In this document: in pieces, positions 11,111-22,600 of the stretch
Position numbering within the stretch: the first letter of the stretch is position 1
Layout: the number at the start of each line of letters is the position of its first letter
Source: a virus
Reading direction: 5' to 3' (one strand)
IMG/VR virus record: IMGVR_UViG_3300043449_002510
Coordinates: 60,149 to 124,148 of that record
Length of the DNA stretch: 64,000 nt
Made by a program: the position numbers and the translations under genes
Notes under the pieces: generated by a model
What the model was told of the DNA's origin: nothing
The model's input: the letters and a program-made list of their open reading frames with translations, nothing else
Databases searched by the model: none

Positions 11111-12291
11111 GTATTTATTTTGACTATAGTATAAAATTCTATATTTTCCCAAAACTCAGGAGAATCAATTACTTTTTGATATTCAACTGTATTTTCTAAT
11201 GGAAAATCTTTGTTTTTCGCAGCTAGACTATAATACATTTTATTATTAGAAGACGTTATTTTAGAAGATTTATAATATAATTTATTTAAGTCTTTTTTCA
11301 ATTCCTCCACTTTCTCTTGATGATTTGGAGAAATTTTATTTATAGAGCCAAATTCATAATAATTTATTTTTTCTTTTTTTAAATCTTCTTCGTTCATTTC
11401 AGAGACCAAATGAATATTTAATCCTATTCCTCTTGCTTTTTCCAAAAATTTTATATTATTATTTTTTGTAATTTTAAAGACTATCAAATTTATATGGCTT
11501 TTAAATTTTTCAAGAATATTTAAATTAATTTCTTTGTCAGTTATGAGGATGACTTTTTTATAATTTGAAAGTTGAAAATCAAAACTTTCTTCGTCATATT
11601 CATGATCAACTTTTATTTCAACTAATGTTTCTGGATGAAAAAGAATGCTTTTGTGATTTGGAATTACTTCTTGGATTCTATGATTACCGTATTTTTGTCC
11701 ACAAAAAACTGTTTCAAAAGGTATTTTGAAATTTATTTTTAATAATTCAAATATAGCGTTAGCGATTTGTTCTGGTTTAATTGAATTTATTGATTTTGGA
11801 TTTTCTTGAGAATTAAAAGAAGCTTTTCCATTTCCCACATTTTTAAAACTTTCAAAAACTTTTTGTATATTTTTATTTCCAAAATAAGAGCCGGTATTTT
11901 CTTTATATGTGATGCTATTGATTGAAACTGCGGGTACATTTTCTGCACCAGCTATATGGAATTCCAATCCATCATTTCCAAAAATTAACATTGAGTTACT
12001 TATTAAATAAGAAATTTGATTTACAGAAGCTTGTCCACAAATATTTATAATTTTATTATAAATAGTATTGTTTTTTGGACCAACTTGCAATATTTTAATA
12101 TTCTCCTTTTCAAGAATTGGGAAAATCATATCTATCACATCTTGAAAATAATTATACTCTTTGCTTGGGGATTTTGCGTTTGGAGCAAAAATAATAAATT
12201 TTTCAAATGGAATTGGAAAAAAGTTTTTATAAACAAAAGGTTTGTCTATTTTTGCGCCACAGTTTAACGAATAAGATTCTAAAATATGCAT
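11107..12291 (-). CDS. GT9 (heptosyltransferase)-like glycosyltransferase with C-terminal extension
   Basis: 'SKEYNYFQDVI...ILQVG...NICGQASVNQISYLISNSMLIFGNDGLEFHIAGAENVPAVSI' GT9 pattern. Confidence 0.65.
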   Translation of the reverse strand: MHILESYSLNCGAKIDKPFVYKNFFPIPFEKFIIFAPNAKSPSKEYNYFQDVIDMIFPILEKENIKILQVGPKNNTIYNKIINICGQASVNQISYLISNSMLIFGNDGLEFHIAGAENVPAVSINSITYKENTGSYFGNKNIQKVFESFKNVGNGKASFNSQENPKSINSIKPEQIANAIFELLKINFKIPFETVFCGQKYGNHRIQEVIPNHKSILFHPETLVEIKVDHEYDEESFDFQLSNYKKVILITDKEINLNILEKFKSHINLIVFKITKNNNIKFLEKARGIGLNIHLVSEMNEEDLKKEKINYYEFGSINKISPNHQEKVEELKKDLNKLYYKSSKITSSNNKMYYSLAAKNKDFPLENTVEYQKVIDSPEFWENIEFYTIVKINT

Positions 12292-12298
12292 AATTAAA

Positions 12299-14227
12299 TT
12301 AATTATTTAAAGAAAAAGCTATCTTGTCGATTCCATTGTGCATAAAAGAAGGAAATTTTTGAGTAGTCAGATAAGGCAAATAAGCTATATCGAAATATCC
12401 TTTGTGATTATTATTTCCTTCTAAGAAAATTATATTTTCCATAACTGGCGAGAATTCTAGCCATTTATGCACATAAGGATTACCATCTATTAATCCTTTG
12501 TGTTCTGGTTTTGTTGCAACATACAGCGACCAATCTGGATAATTTTCTTTAATAGACTTAAATAAAGAAGTCAATAAATAAATATCTTCTGCGCTATCTG
12601 GTTGAACGATTATCACTCTTCCTTTATCATTTTTATCTAAAGCGTCTTCAAAACTTTTTGTCTTGCCATCTTTTTCTTGTATTTTTTGAGTTGCAACTTG
12701 TCTAAAATATTGATCAATTTGTTTTCGATTCAAGTCTTTATTTATTCTCAACATCCAATGCTTATATCCATCATCATTTTTGTCGATTTCTTTTCTATCT
12801 AAAATATTATGATACAAACTAATAATCCAATCCCCATCATCTTTTATTTCTGGAATTACAGCGTTCGGATTTGGGTTTTCTTTATTCTCTACAATAGAGA
12901 AATCTATTACTTTTGGAGCCGAATCAATAAAATCCTCTAAATATTTTCCTATTGTTTCTACGGAGAAGTTATCTATAACCCATTGGCGAGCTTTTTTACC
13001 CAATTCTTTTTTACTTTCCGGCTTCATTTCTAATACTTTATTTAATTGTTTTGCTATAGAACTTGGGTAAGTGCTTGCCTTGATAAACATTGTATCTGGC
13101 TCTCTATATTCTGCCCAATCCAAAGAAAGAGATCCAGCTTCTGGCTCGCAAGAATCCTCTCCACAGCTATAATTAGTGACTAAAGTAATAAGTTCTGTTA
13201 ATTTAGCTTCTTGAATTGGAATTTCTTGACCGCCAGAAGTGAATGGATGACAATAAACGTCCATTAAATTATAAATTTCATTTAATTGAATTTCATTTAC
13301 TCCAAAGCCGGGGCTAGTTGTCGTTTGAGACTTTTGTGTACGACAAAAATTACAATTTTCTTCATTGCTTGAAAATGACTTTATTTCGTATTTTCCACAA
13401 TTTTTGCAGACATATGTAGTTAAAATATCTGAATTTGAAACACCATGTTCTTGCAAAAGTTTTTGAATATTCCAGCCTTCTGACCAAGAAGTATGTAATA
13501 ATAATTTTGTTTTTAATTTAGGATTGTTTTGTTTAAATAATTTGAATCCTTGAATTAAATTAGGAACACTTTTTCTGAGTTGATTTCTAAATACGAATCC
13601 AACAATAAAAGTATCTTTATCTATTTTATTTTTTTGTCTAATCTGTAATCTTTCGGAATCGCTTAATCTATAAAAATTATTAACATTTAAACTTCCTCTT
13701 ACAGTTTTAACATGATTGAGCCCCATTTTATGCATTGCTTTAGTTGCAAAATCAGCCCAACTCCAAAAATGTTTTGTTTTTTGTGCAGCAACAACTGCTT
13801 TATCTAAAATTGGCAAAGAGTCCAGCGTTGTCCATAAGACTGAGGTTATCTTATTAAACCATGGTTTTTCTATTGAAAAATCAATTCCCCAAATATCTTG
13901 TATCGATATTAAAACATCTGGTTTTTCTTGTTTAATAGCATCATCAATGCTGTAAGCTCCATATCCAGCCATTCTACTAATAGCATCCCAGCTCTTAGGA
14001 TCATTTTGTTGGTGAATTTGTTGTACTTTCTCTGGATTAACAGTTCCAATTGTTTTCCAAGGAGTTCTTTCTAATTCATGAGTATTTGTGGTTAAAGAAC
14101 CAACTGCTAAGTTAACAAGTTCATATTTGTTTGTTTTATATAAGTATTCCATTATGTTTCTGCAATTTTTGCCGAAACCCGTTTTAGCCAATGGAAAATC
14201 CGAATGAATTAAAACCTTTTTTTTCAT
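12299..14227 (-). CDS. GT4-family glycosyltransferase with inserted CxxC...CxxC zinc ribbon and C-terminal GT9-like N-domain
   Basis: 'KTGFG', 'RNQLRKSVPNLI', 'LNEIYNLMDVYCHPFTSGGQEIPIQEA'; CKNC...CNFC insert; C-terminal 'EDIYLLTSLFKSIKENYPD...GNPYV'. Confidence 0.8.
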   Translation of the reverse strand: MKKKVLIHSDFPLAKTGFGKNCRNIMEYLYKTNKYELVNLAVGSLTTNTHELERTPWKTIGTVNPEKVQQIHQQNDPKSWDAISRMAGYGAYSIDDAIKQEKPDVLISIQDIWGIDFSIEKPWFNKITSVLWTTLDSLPILDKAVVAAQKTKHFWSWADFATKAMHKMGLNHVKTVRGSLNVNNFYRLSDSERLQIRQKNKIDKDTFIVGFVFRNQLRKSVPNLIQGFKLFKQNNPKLKTKLLLHTSWSEGWNIQKLLQEHGVSNSDILTTYVCKNCGKYEIKSFSSNEENCNFCRTQKSQTTTSPGFGVNEIQLNEIYNLMDVYCHPFTSGGQEIPIQEAKLTELITLVTNYSCGEDSCEPEAGSLSLDWAEYREPDTMFIKASTYPSSIAKQLNKVLEMKPESKKELGKKARQWVIDNFSVETIGKYLEDFIDSAPKVIDFSIVENKENPNPNAVIPEIKDDGDWIISLYHNILDRKEIDKNDDGYKHWMLRINKDLNRKQIDQYFRQVATQKIQEKDGKTKSFEDALDKNDKGRVIIVQPDSAEDIYLLTSLFKSIKENYPDWSLYVATKPEHKGLIDGNPYVHKWLEFSPVMENIIFLEGNNNHKGYFDIAYLPYLTTQKFPSFMHNGIDKIAFSLNN

Positions 14228-14232
14228 TTTTA

Positions 14233-14721
14233 TTAAAAATCTTTGACTGTTGGTTTAACAAAAGCTTTTCTTAAAGAAAAAATCAAAAACTCTCTAATCA
14301 ATCTTGATTCAGCAAAAGTTAATCCAATATAAAAACTGTTTTTTGAAGTAGAATCTTCTTTATCTGTTACCGTTATAGAAAATGAGTAGCCTTTTTGTGT
14401 TGGTTTTTCTCCCTCTGCCACTTTATTCATCCATGGAGAAAACTGTATTGATTTTATATATTTTTCTCCATCATGCATTGTAGAAAATGAACGATTTTTA
14501 TCAATACAATCTAAAATAGCCCCCACTTCAACGGGCTCTAATTTTACGCTAACATTTTTAGAGGGATCATTTTTACTATCTTTAAATACTCCTATTTTTT
14601 TATTTACATCCCAACCGCATTGTTTTAATAAAGTAGCAAAAATAGTCTTATCTTTATCTGATTGAGAAAATGAACAGGCAAACCCAGTATTATTTTTATT
14701 TGGATGATATATTTGCGGCAT
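14233..14721 (-). CDS. Whirly/PC4-like single-stranded nucleic-acid-binding protein
   Basis: Duplicated beta-sheet+helix: 'VKLEPVEVGAIL...FSTMHD...SIQFSP...GYSFSITV...FYIGLTFAESRLIREFL' parallels the Whirly domain. Confidence 0.55.
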   Translation of the reverse strand: MPQIYHPNKNNTGFACSFSQSDKDKTIFATLLKQCGWDVNKKIGVFKDSKNDPSKNVSVKLEPVEVGAILDCIDKNRSFSTMHDGEKYIKSIQFSPWMNKVAEGEKPTQKGYSFSITVTDKEDSTSKNSFYIGLTFAESRLIREFLIFSLRKAFVKPTVKDF

Positions 14722-14772
14722 ATATTGTGTATTTTATTATAGAATAAATAGGTAAAAGGTTCTAAAATTTAG

Positions 14773-17700
14773 ATGAATTTAGGAGAAAAAAATTCAACAT
14801 TAAAGAATAAAGTTTTTGATGGAGCTTATTCTGTTTTTATTACTTCAATTGATCCAGAGTTGGAGAGTTTTTGGATTTCTACGGGAATAAATCCAAGTGG
14901 GGTAACTGGCATTTTAGTAAAATATACTAGCGGTAACAAAAATATTGAAAGTGGATTTTATGCCACAGGATTAAGGCCAAATATAGGATATCAATCTGGA
15001 GCGTCAAGCGTTGGTGATTTAAGTGGATATCTTTACTACAGGGTAAATGTTCCCATTTTTGGGACATGTCATGGATTTGGAAATGATGAAAATACTTGGT
15101 ATAGCGGATATAATTTTTATAACGCTTTTCATCCAGAGGGATTTGTCTCTCCACCTTTTGGACAAAATTTTTCCACTTACAAAGCTGGAAATTATGGGTT
15201 TTCAGCTTTAGATTTAAATGGTAGCTGCTCTTCTTTGACTTCAAAAGAATATAATGATTTATTCGGTATAGTTTCTCAAAGTGATGATGGAATTACAGCT
15301 TCGGCAGAAGAAATAGATCCTCAAGCTGATTCTTTTTTAAATTCTCCAGCTATAGCTTGTCCACAAGATCTGTCTGTTGCTTATTATTGGAGAGAAAAGC
15401 AATATAAAATAATAGCTGGTACAGCCGGTGCAATTACTGCGAATATATTTTTTAATAATAATCCTATTCCAATTTCATTGGATATGTTTGATATTAAAAC
15501 TAGCTTTAGATATGATTCCAGTGGAGAAAAATTAGATGGAGATTTATACGAAGATTCAGATGGAAGAAAAAAAGAAAAAATTTTATATACAATAAAATAT
15601 TTAAATGGTAAACCAGTTCCCAAATATTACAATTTAGTAACTAAAGGCAGTAATCCTCTATTAAGTAAAACATGTTACGGCTCCATAACTGAAGGGAAAT
15701 TGGTAGAAGGAAGTGTTTTAGGCAGTACACAAATTACAAGTTTGTTAATAGATTCTCCAGACATTCTTGGAGAGCCATCAAAAAGCGCTTTTGATCCTTT
15801 TGTTTGGTGGAATTCTTGGCATTTTTTGTTTAAAGAAAATTCTGATGGGTTTCCTTTTCAAAATGACTATAAATCTTACTCTACTGAAGGTGGAGATTAT
15901 TTTGGTCTTGCAAAAACTCCTAATAGTGCAAATTATGGAAGCAAAATATTTAAAGCTGAATTATCTGACCCAGATCATTATTGGGAAAATAGACAATGCC
16001 CAGGAATTGTAGATTTCCTTCCTCATACTTTTGGAGCTTCTATATATGCTTGTCCATCTTATTATTTTGATGTTCCATATTATGCTGCTTTAAATAAATT
16101 TGGTTTTTATGGAGTTAGGTTTTTTAATGGTTGCGTTAGTTTAAATTTGAACTATCCATCCTCTGGATATAATCCTAATTCGAACCCTCCTTCTGGAGCG
16201 GAAAATGCTTTAGAGCTTCCCGGAGAAGGTTATTCTTATGTTTATCCAGAAGAAGATGAGCCAGATGAAGATGTTGGAATAAATTATGGAAATAATATAT
16301 ATGATAATTTATTAAATATAGCTAAATCAGAAGAGTCGGTTAATGATTTTTTTGCTTTAAACAAGTCTTTTTTTCTGTGGGCAAATTATCAAATAATCAC
16401 TGGTATTAATGAATATAATATTTTAACAGGAAAATATTCTTTCTTTTCTGGCTTATTGTCAAGATATTTAAATGAATTTGATTTAATTTTTCCAAGTGGT
16501 AAAAACGATTTATTGTCAAATAAAAATTGGTTTCAATTACAAGAGTCAAAGTTATTTTTTGATACTGGATTTTCTTCCTCACTTCTTTCGAATAATGAAA
16601 ATTACAAACAGTTAACAAAATCTATACTTAATTCGATTTCTCCAGAAGATCTTTCTTTCTGGGATAAAATAGAAAAAGAATTTTCTAATTACGTTTTGTT
16701 TGAGTCTGGAATAGTTGACACCGGATTTTATGACTCGTTTGAGAAAGCAAAAATAGAAAGATTCCAAACTAGATATTTAGAAAATTTTGTACAAGGCAAT
16801 GCAATAGATTTATACCCATCAAATAAAATAACTTTCGGTTTTGATTACGCAAAAAATTTTATAGATAGTCCATCTTGGGGGAAAGCAATAAATCTTTTTG
16901 GCTTAACTTCTAAATTTGAAGACTCGGGATTAGATAGAAGATATTTTGTTGGTGCTTATGCAGAAGCATTAGATTTCGTTGGATATTCAGAGTACATAAA
17001 TTTAATAAATTCTCAAATAGAAAATCATTCGTTCTATCCGGGTTATTTTAATTCTAAATTTGGAAAAGATTTTCAAGATGAAGAATATTTGCCGGTATTA
17101 ATGGGTAATGCTTTTTCTGGAGAAGAGATAAATAAAAATACAATTACTGGGGGAAGAAATATATTTAAAGATGGTTGGTTTGCCTTGGGATATGGAGGAA
17201 TGATTAAATTAAAAAATTCTTATTCTTGTTTTACTCCCATTTTTATTCAACAACCGATAAATACAGTTCATTGTAAAATAGGACAATCTCCAACTTTCAG
17301 ATGTTTGGCAGTTGACTATCACACCATTCCAGAAGATAAGATAAATGATCGATATCCAGAAATAATTTATTGGACTAAGAAATTAAAAATAATAGATTCA
17401 AAATATAAAAATAAATACCCTTTATCTTATAAATGGTTCAGAATACCTAAATCAAGCTGTGGAAATAATTTTGATAATTTTTTACTTAGTGGTTATTTTA
17501 CAAACACGGGAACTACTGATTATTTTCATAATCCAACCGGTTTTCCTCCTTTGGAACCTTCTGATATAAGTGGAAAGTGGTGCTGTCTAGAAGGAGATGG
17601 TCCAAATTGCACTTTAATTCACCCAAAAGAATGTATTCCTGTTTTTTCTGGTAACGCTTCTTGGTCTTCAAAATATGAAGGAACTCCTGGATTCGAAGAT

Positions 17701-19680
17701 GCTAAAAGAAATAATTTCTACATGAAATTAAAAAAAGGAGCAATTAAGGATGAAGATGATGAATATTATTATTTTTGTATGACAAAAGGAAGATTTGGAA
17801 TTAGAATTAGCGAACCTTCTGAATTATTTGTAGATGAAACTTTAAGATTTGATATATCTGTTCAAAATGGAGGTAATTCAAAAATTAATCCAAAAATTTC
17901 TTTTGACTTCGGAACTGGGATAATAGAAATCGGAGAAGTTGAAGTTCCTTCTTATGGAGGTTTTTATAAAGATTCAAATTTTATACCAGAAAACATAGTT
18001 CAACAAAAAATACCTCCTCCAAATAAAGGTTTTGGAGATGTTTATTCATATAAATTTGTTGGAACTTGGGGTTATGGAGGAGCTTTACAAACTTACTCAC
18101 CGGGAACATTAGACGACACGAGAGGTTTAAAAGAAACATGGGGTAGATTTTTACATTATGGATCATTAATAAAATATCAAAAACAATTGTCTCAGTCAGA
18201 GGGAGATTTAATTTATGGGACTCCTCATTTACCAACCTGTGTTAGCGGTTTAATAAAAGAAGATAAATATGGTTTATTTCTAAACATAAGCGTTGACACA
18301 AAAAATGGTTCTTCAAAAATTATTCATTGGGCAAATATGCAGGACCCAATTGTTAGTACAGATGGAAAATTCGGAGTTCTTTGGAAAAAATTAGGAAACG
18401 CTGGAGAGCTTTATAATCCAATTTCTTATTTAAAGAATGGAGCAATAGATTCCTCTATATCTCCCGGTTTAGGGCAGTGGCAGTGGGGAAATAATTTGGG
18501 AACAATCCACAAGTTTGGATATACGAGTCCAAACAGTGAATTAAAAACCTCTCCTGGATTTTTAAATGACGATAACAAAAATGAATTGAAAGAAAAACTA
18601 TTAAAGAATAGTTTGGATGGTCCTGATTGTGGTTGGAATGAATACGGTTTGGGAAGAAATATGCTTTATTGGATTGAAGGTTTTAGCTCTTTTTATCTTT
18701 TTTGTGATCCAATCAAAAAGAAGAATGTAACTAATTATAACTATATGGGTCCGGCATTGAGACAAACAAATAGTTCAATTCAACATTTTTGGCTTGGTAA
18801 ACCATCAAATACTTATTTAAAAAGATATCCAATGTTTGGGCCTTATGCATATCAATGGAAAGTTATGCCACATAATAGAGATAGAAATGGTAATGGAATG
18901 TCAGAAGGATTTTACTCTTATGGTTGGGGAACAAACTATAACTCCATGTATGATGCACCAGCTATATATGGTTTATTTAGACAATACAAAGAACCTTCAG
19001 AAGGACAACAAGAAGAAATAAATCAAATAAATAATTTAAGAACAGAAATTTTTGGGGTGTTTGGTCAAGCAGCAGTGAGAAGTACTCGTTTCGGATTTAC
19101 TTATGGAAATGGTGGAGCAGTTCGATATGGAAATATTTGGATAGGAAAAATAACGGAAACTGGAACCGGAATAAATTATCCTAATTATAAGATTCGAGAA
19201 TATGTTAAATCTGGGGAATACTTATCTAAGTATCCAAAATTTGGATTGTATGGATGCGATGATTCTGATTTAAAAAATGGGGATTGTTTTGACCCATGTT
19301 TAAGTATACGATATCCTTTTGGATTTTTACCGGGAGGAAAAAAACAAAAACTTACAAGTGCGGTACCTAGTGGCTCTGGTTATAGTATAGTTGCAAACAA
19401 TATATTTTCTGGAGATTCTTTTTATGAAAAAACTTCTTATTTAAGTGGCGAATTTTTTCGGGGCCCCTTTGGAACTCCTCATCATATATATTTAAAAGGA
19501 ACAGGAAAAAACATAAATGGTTTTTCTCCTTGTTCTGATGGTGGAGCAGATCATTGCAATTATCTTACTCCAACTATCAATTTAGGGGCTTCTTCTTATT
19601 TATCTACAGAAATTCCAACTATGATATCTGCTTCAGCGGTAGCAACTTCTTCAATTGATTACGTGCTTCCTAATTTATAA
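14773..19680 (+). CDS. Large virion protein (1635 aa), Cys/Gly/aromatic-rich, with an Ig-like domain
   Basis: 'PIFIQQPINTVHCKIGQSPTFRCLA...LSYKWFR...DEYYYFC...SEPSELFV' Ig-like strands; preceded by GTGTAT at 14727. Confidence 0.6.
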   Translation: MNLGEKNSTLKNKVFDGAYSVFITSIDPELESFWISTGINPSGVTGILVKYTSGNKNIESGFYATGLRPNIGYQSGASSVGDLSGYLYYRVNVPIFGTCHGFGNDENTWYSGYNFYNAFHPEGFVSPPFGQNFSTYKAGNYGFSALDLNGSCSSLTSKEYNDLFGIVSQSDDGITASAEEIDPQADSFLNSPAIACPQDLSVAYYWREKQYKIIAGTAGAITANIFFNNNPIPISLDMFDIKTSFRYDSSGEKLDGDLYEDSDGRKKEKILYTIKYLNGKPVPKYYNLVTKGSNPLLSKTCYGSITEGKLVEGSVLGSTQITSLLIDSPDILGEPSKSAFDPFVWWNSWHFLFKENSDGFPFQNDYKSYSTEGGDYFGLAKTPNSANYGSKIFKAELSDPDHYWENRQCPGIVDFLPHTFGASIYACPSYYFDVPYYAALNKFGFYGVRFFNGCVSLNLNYPSSGYNPNSNPPSGAENALELPGEGYSYVYPEEDEPDEDVGINYGNNIYDNLLNIAKSEESVNDFFALNKSFFLWANYQIITGINEYNILTGKYSFFSGLLSRYLNEFDLIFPSGKNDLLSNKNWFQLQESKLFFDTGFSSSLLSNNENYKQLTKSILNSISPEDLSFWDKIEKEFSNYVLFESGIVDTGFYDSFEKAKIERFQTRYLENFVQGNAIDLYPSNKITFGFDYAKNFIDSPSWGKAINLFGLTSKFEDSGLDRRYFVGAYAEALDFVGYSEYINLINSQIENHSFYPGYFNSKFGKDFQDEEYLPVLMGNAFSGEEINKNTITGGRNIFKDGWFALGYGGMIKLKNSYSCFTPIFIQQPINTVHCKIGQSPTFRCLAVDYHTIPEDKINDRYPEIIYWTKKLKIIDSKYKNKYPLSYKWFRIPKSSCGNNFDNFLLSGYFTNTGTTDYFHNPTGFPPLEPSDISGKWCCLEGDGPNCTLIHPKECIPVFSGNASWSSKYEGTPGFEDAKRNNFYMKLKKGAIKDEDDEYYYFCMTKGRFGIRISEPSELFVDETLRFDISVQNGGNSKINPKISFDFGTGIIEIGEVEVPSYGGFYKDSNFIPENIVQQKIPPPNKGFGDVYSYKFVGTWGYGGALQTYSPGTLDDTRGLKETWGRFLHYGSLIKYQKQLSQSEGDLIYGTPHLPTCVSGLIKEDKYGLFLNISVDTKNGSSKIIHWANMQDPIVSTDGKFGVLWKKLGNAGELYNPISYLKNGAIDSSISPGLGQWQWGNNLGTIHKFGYTSPNSELKTSPGFLNDDNKNELKEKLLKNSLDGPDCGWNEYGLGRNMLYWIEGFSSFYLFCDPIKKKNVTNYNYMGPALRQTNSSIQHFWLGKPSNTYLKRYPMFGPYAYQWKVMPHNRDRNGNGMSEGFYSYGWGTNYNSMYDAPAIYGLFRQYKEPSEGQQEEINQINNLRTEIFGVFGQAAVRSTRFGFTYGNGGAVRYGNIWIGKITETGTGINYPNYKIREYVKSGEYLSKYPKFGLYGCDDSDLKNGDCFDPCLSIRYPFGFLPGGKKQKLTSAVPSGSGYSIVANNIFSGDSFYEKTSYLSGEFFRGPFGTPHHIYLKGTGKNINGFSPCSDGGADHCNYLTPTINLGASSYLSTEIPTMISASAVATSSIDYVLPNL

Positions 19681-19691
19681 TATAATGCTTT

Positions 19692-22600
19692 ATGAGTTCT
19701 GCTAATTATATTTATGGTTTAACTGCTGTAACTGCTTTTCTTAGGTGCGAAGCGAAAGCCTCTAATTTAACAGAGGTTCTTTTGCAAAATTTAAGTTTGG
19801 CTTTTGGTGGTAAAATTGAAGATGGAATTTATTTATATAAAAACTTTAAATTAAATTCAAGCCTTAATCAAACTTTGGGTTTCACTAATGCTGAATGGGA
19901 TAATTTGGAAGCATTAATAGATGGAAATCAGCAGTCAAAAATAGGAATAGCTTCATTAATATATTGTTTTTCTATATATTCAAATATTGAAAATAAATAT
20001 AGAGAATATTATGTAAATAAATTATTTAATTATATTTATAGTAACAAACCTCCTAAATACTTTTCTTCTTCCGAAATAAAAACTTTAGTTGATTCATTTT
20101 CTATTTCAGCAATTAATTTAGAAATAGAGCAATCTAATGCAAAAACAAGCTCTAAAGCAATAAATTATAATTTTTATGATTCTCTTCCATTGTTTGCAAA
20201 TCTTGAGTCAGATTCTAATTTAAAACAATTAATAAAAGATTCTGAAAATCAATATTATTATCTTTCTGGAGAACTTATTTATGACCTTGATGTAAAGTCA
20301 ACGGAGTGCGAAAAAAATATTATTTCTATATTAACTCCAAGCGGAGAAATAACAACAACTGTTTACAGAAATATTCCATGTTTTGAAAAAGACTCATTTG
20401 TTGGACCCGTTTCTGGAATTAAATTTTTAAGATTTTTTAATGACGGCCCTCCAAGCTCTGGGTATTTTGAGAAGGATATTATGGAGGCTTATATAAAATT
20501 TGATGAAAATATAAATAATTCTAAAGATTATCTTTCTAACAAAAACATTTTATACTCTTTTGTAAAAGATCAAAGTGGAAACTATATATATTTAAAATCT
20601 GGAGTTCAGATTGACGCTCAAGGAGCTTTCAGTTCAACTGGAGAGTATGGGTATCTTCATACTAATTTAATTTATTCTGACGAAGGTTGTGAATGGACGA
20701 AAGAAGAGTTAGAAAAGCTGCCTTTAATGCGAATGCATCAAGGAGATAATATACCTAAATATATCTATTCAAAAACTAAAAATTTATCAAATGAATGTGT
20801 TACAGGTATAAGTGGTCCATTTAATTGGACGGGATTTAAGTTTGTCAATTTTGAATTAAAAGATTCTTGGTTAAAATATTTCGATTTTATTGATGTTAAT
20901 CCGAGAATGGATAAATCAAGAACGTTAAAAAGGGCTTTGAATATAGAGAATGATTTGCAAGATTCAATTATTCATTCTCCTTATTTAAATGTTACGAGTT
21001 CGGAAAATGGAGTTTTAGAATGCAATCAATATGTCGGCCCACCACAATTGAATTCAGATTATTCTAGTTTGCCGGGATTTGCTTTTTATCAAACTTTTGA
21101 TAATAAAAATTTTGGAACTGGAAATTCAGAAGAGTTTTCTACCATAAATATTTTTCCGACTATATCCTCGGGGTCCGCTTTTACAAATTTAAAATCCAAT
21201 AGAGAGCTAAGTGTATCTTCATTTCCAATTTTTACTGGAAAAAAAATAAATCATGATTCATTTAATAATACAACAAAAATAATAATAAACAAGACCTTTA
21301 ACTCCAGTTCTATTGCTGATTATGATGATATTTTCAAAAAATCAATTGCAATTGGTGACGCTTTTAATAATCAAATTTCTGGAACGACTTCTCTTCAATA
21401 TAATGCTGGTTATTTCTATACTGGATATGATATTTACAAGAATGGAGAAAAAGTAATTTTAGGATCTTTGTTGTCCGAATATGAAGATAAAAAAATTGGA
21501 GCAAAATATTCAAAAGTAAAGTATTTAACAGGGTATTTAGATACTGAAACTGATAAAGTATATTCAATTACCCCTCTAACTGCTCATATTTTTACTGGGA
21601 TTTCTGGCGAAAATTTAAAATCTGTTGGTGAATATATAGTTTATTATTACTTTAATACAAACACTGGGGCTGGATCTATCCTTTCGGTGAACACAGGATG
21701 GAATGCGAGTTTTGCTCCTATCCCAGAGGGTGTTTTACAAAATCCAAGTAAATATAGTGGTCTTTATGATTATCAAAAAGTAGAAAATTATTTTCCAAGA
21801 TATTATAGCGGTCCATTTGCATCTTACGAGAATAAATTTCTTTATCCAAACGCTGAATACACATACAACGAATATAGTTCTTTTGTAAATGGATTTCCAT
21901 ATAAAATTTCTTACAAAATAAAAATAAAAGAAGAAACGGTTCGCGAGATATGTTTTTCTTCCGGTTTTGATGGTTCATTCGAATATTTAAATGTTATAAG
22001 AGCTGGACCATCTGGTGTTGATACGCCTTATGTTGATTATAATGCTTTGACAGGATTAGAAAGAAAAATGGTTACGCCATTTACTTTAAGTACCCCAGAT
22101 TTGTCTTTACAAAATAAATACAATTTTTATAAAAATACTGGTTTTTATAATTCTAATGGTTGGTTTTTTTACAATTCTCCAATTTCTTTAAATCAAAACT
22201 CTTCTTTTGTTGATTCTTTTTATGTTAGGGGCAGCGTGAATTATTGGCTTCCAGAAAAAATAAACAACACAAATTATAAATTTTCAATTATTGATTATAA
22301 CAAATCCGTTAATAGACTCAATACATTTTTTAATGGTGTTAGAATTACTGGGTTACCAATTCAGAAAAAAATAAAAATAAGTAATAATTTAGAAAAGACT
22401 GTTTCATCCATTGTTGAAGCTCCCTCTTCTCTTTATTGGGGCTACAAGGGGACTGAAATTAGTGGCGAGATGTTTTATTGTCCTCCAATTTTTGATTTAA
22501 ATTATTATCAAAAATATATAAATAGTGGATTTTTAAATGTTTTCGCTAAAGAAAATAGTAAATTTTGGACTTTTTATGGAGAGCCTAGACATGTTTTCTC

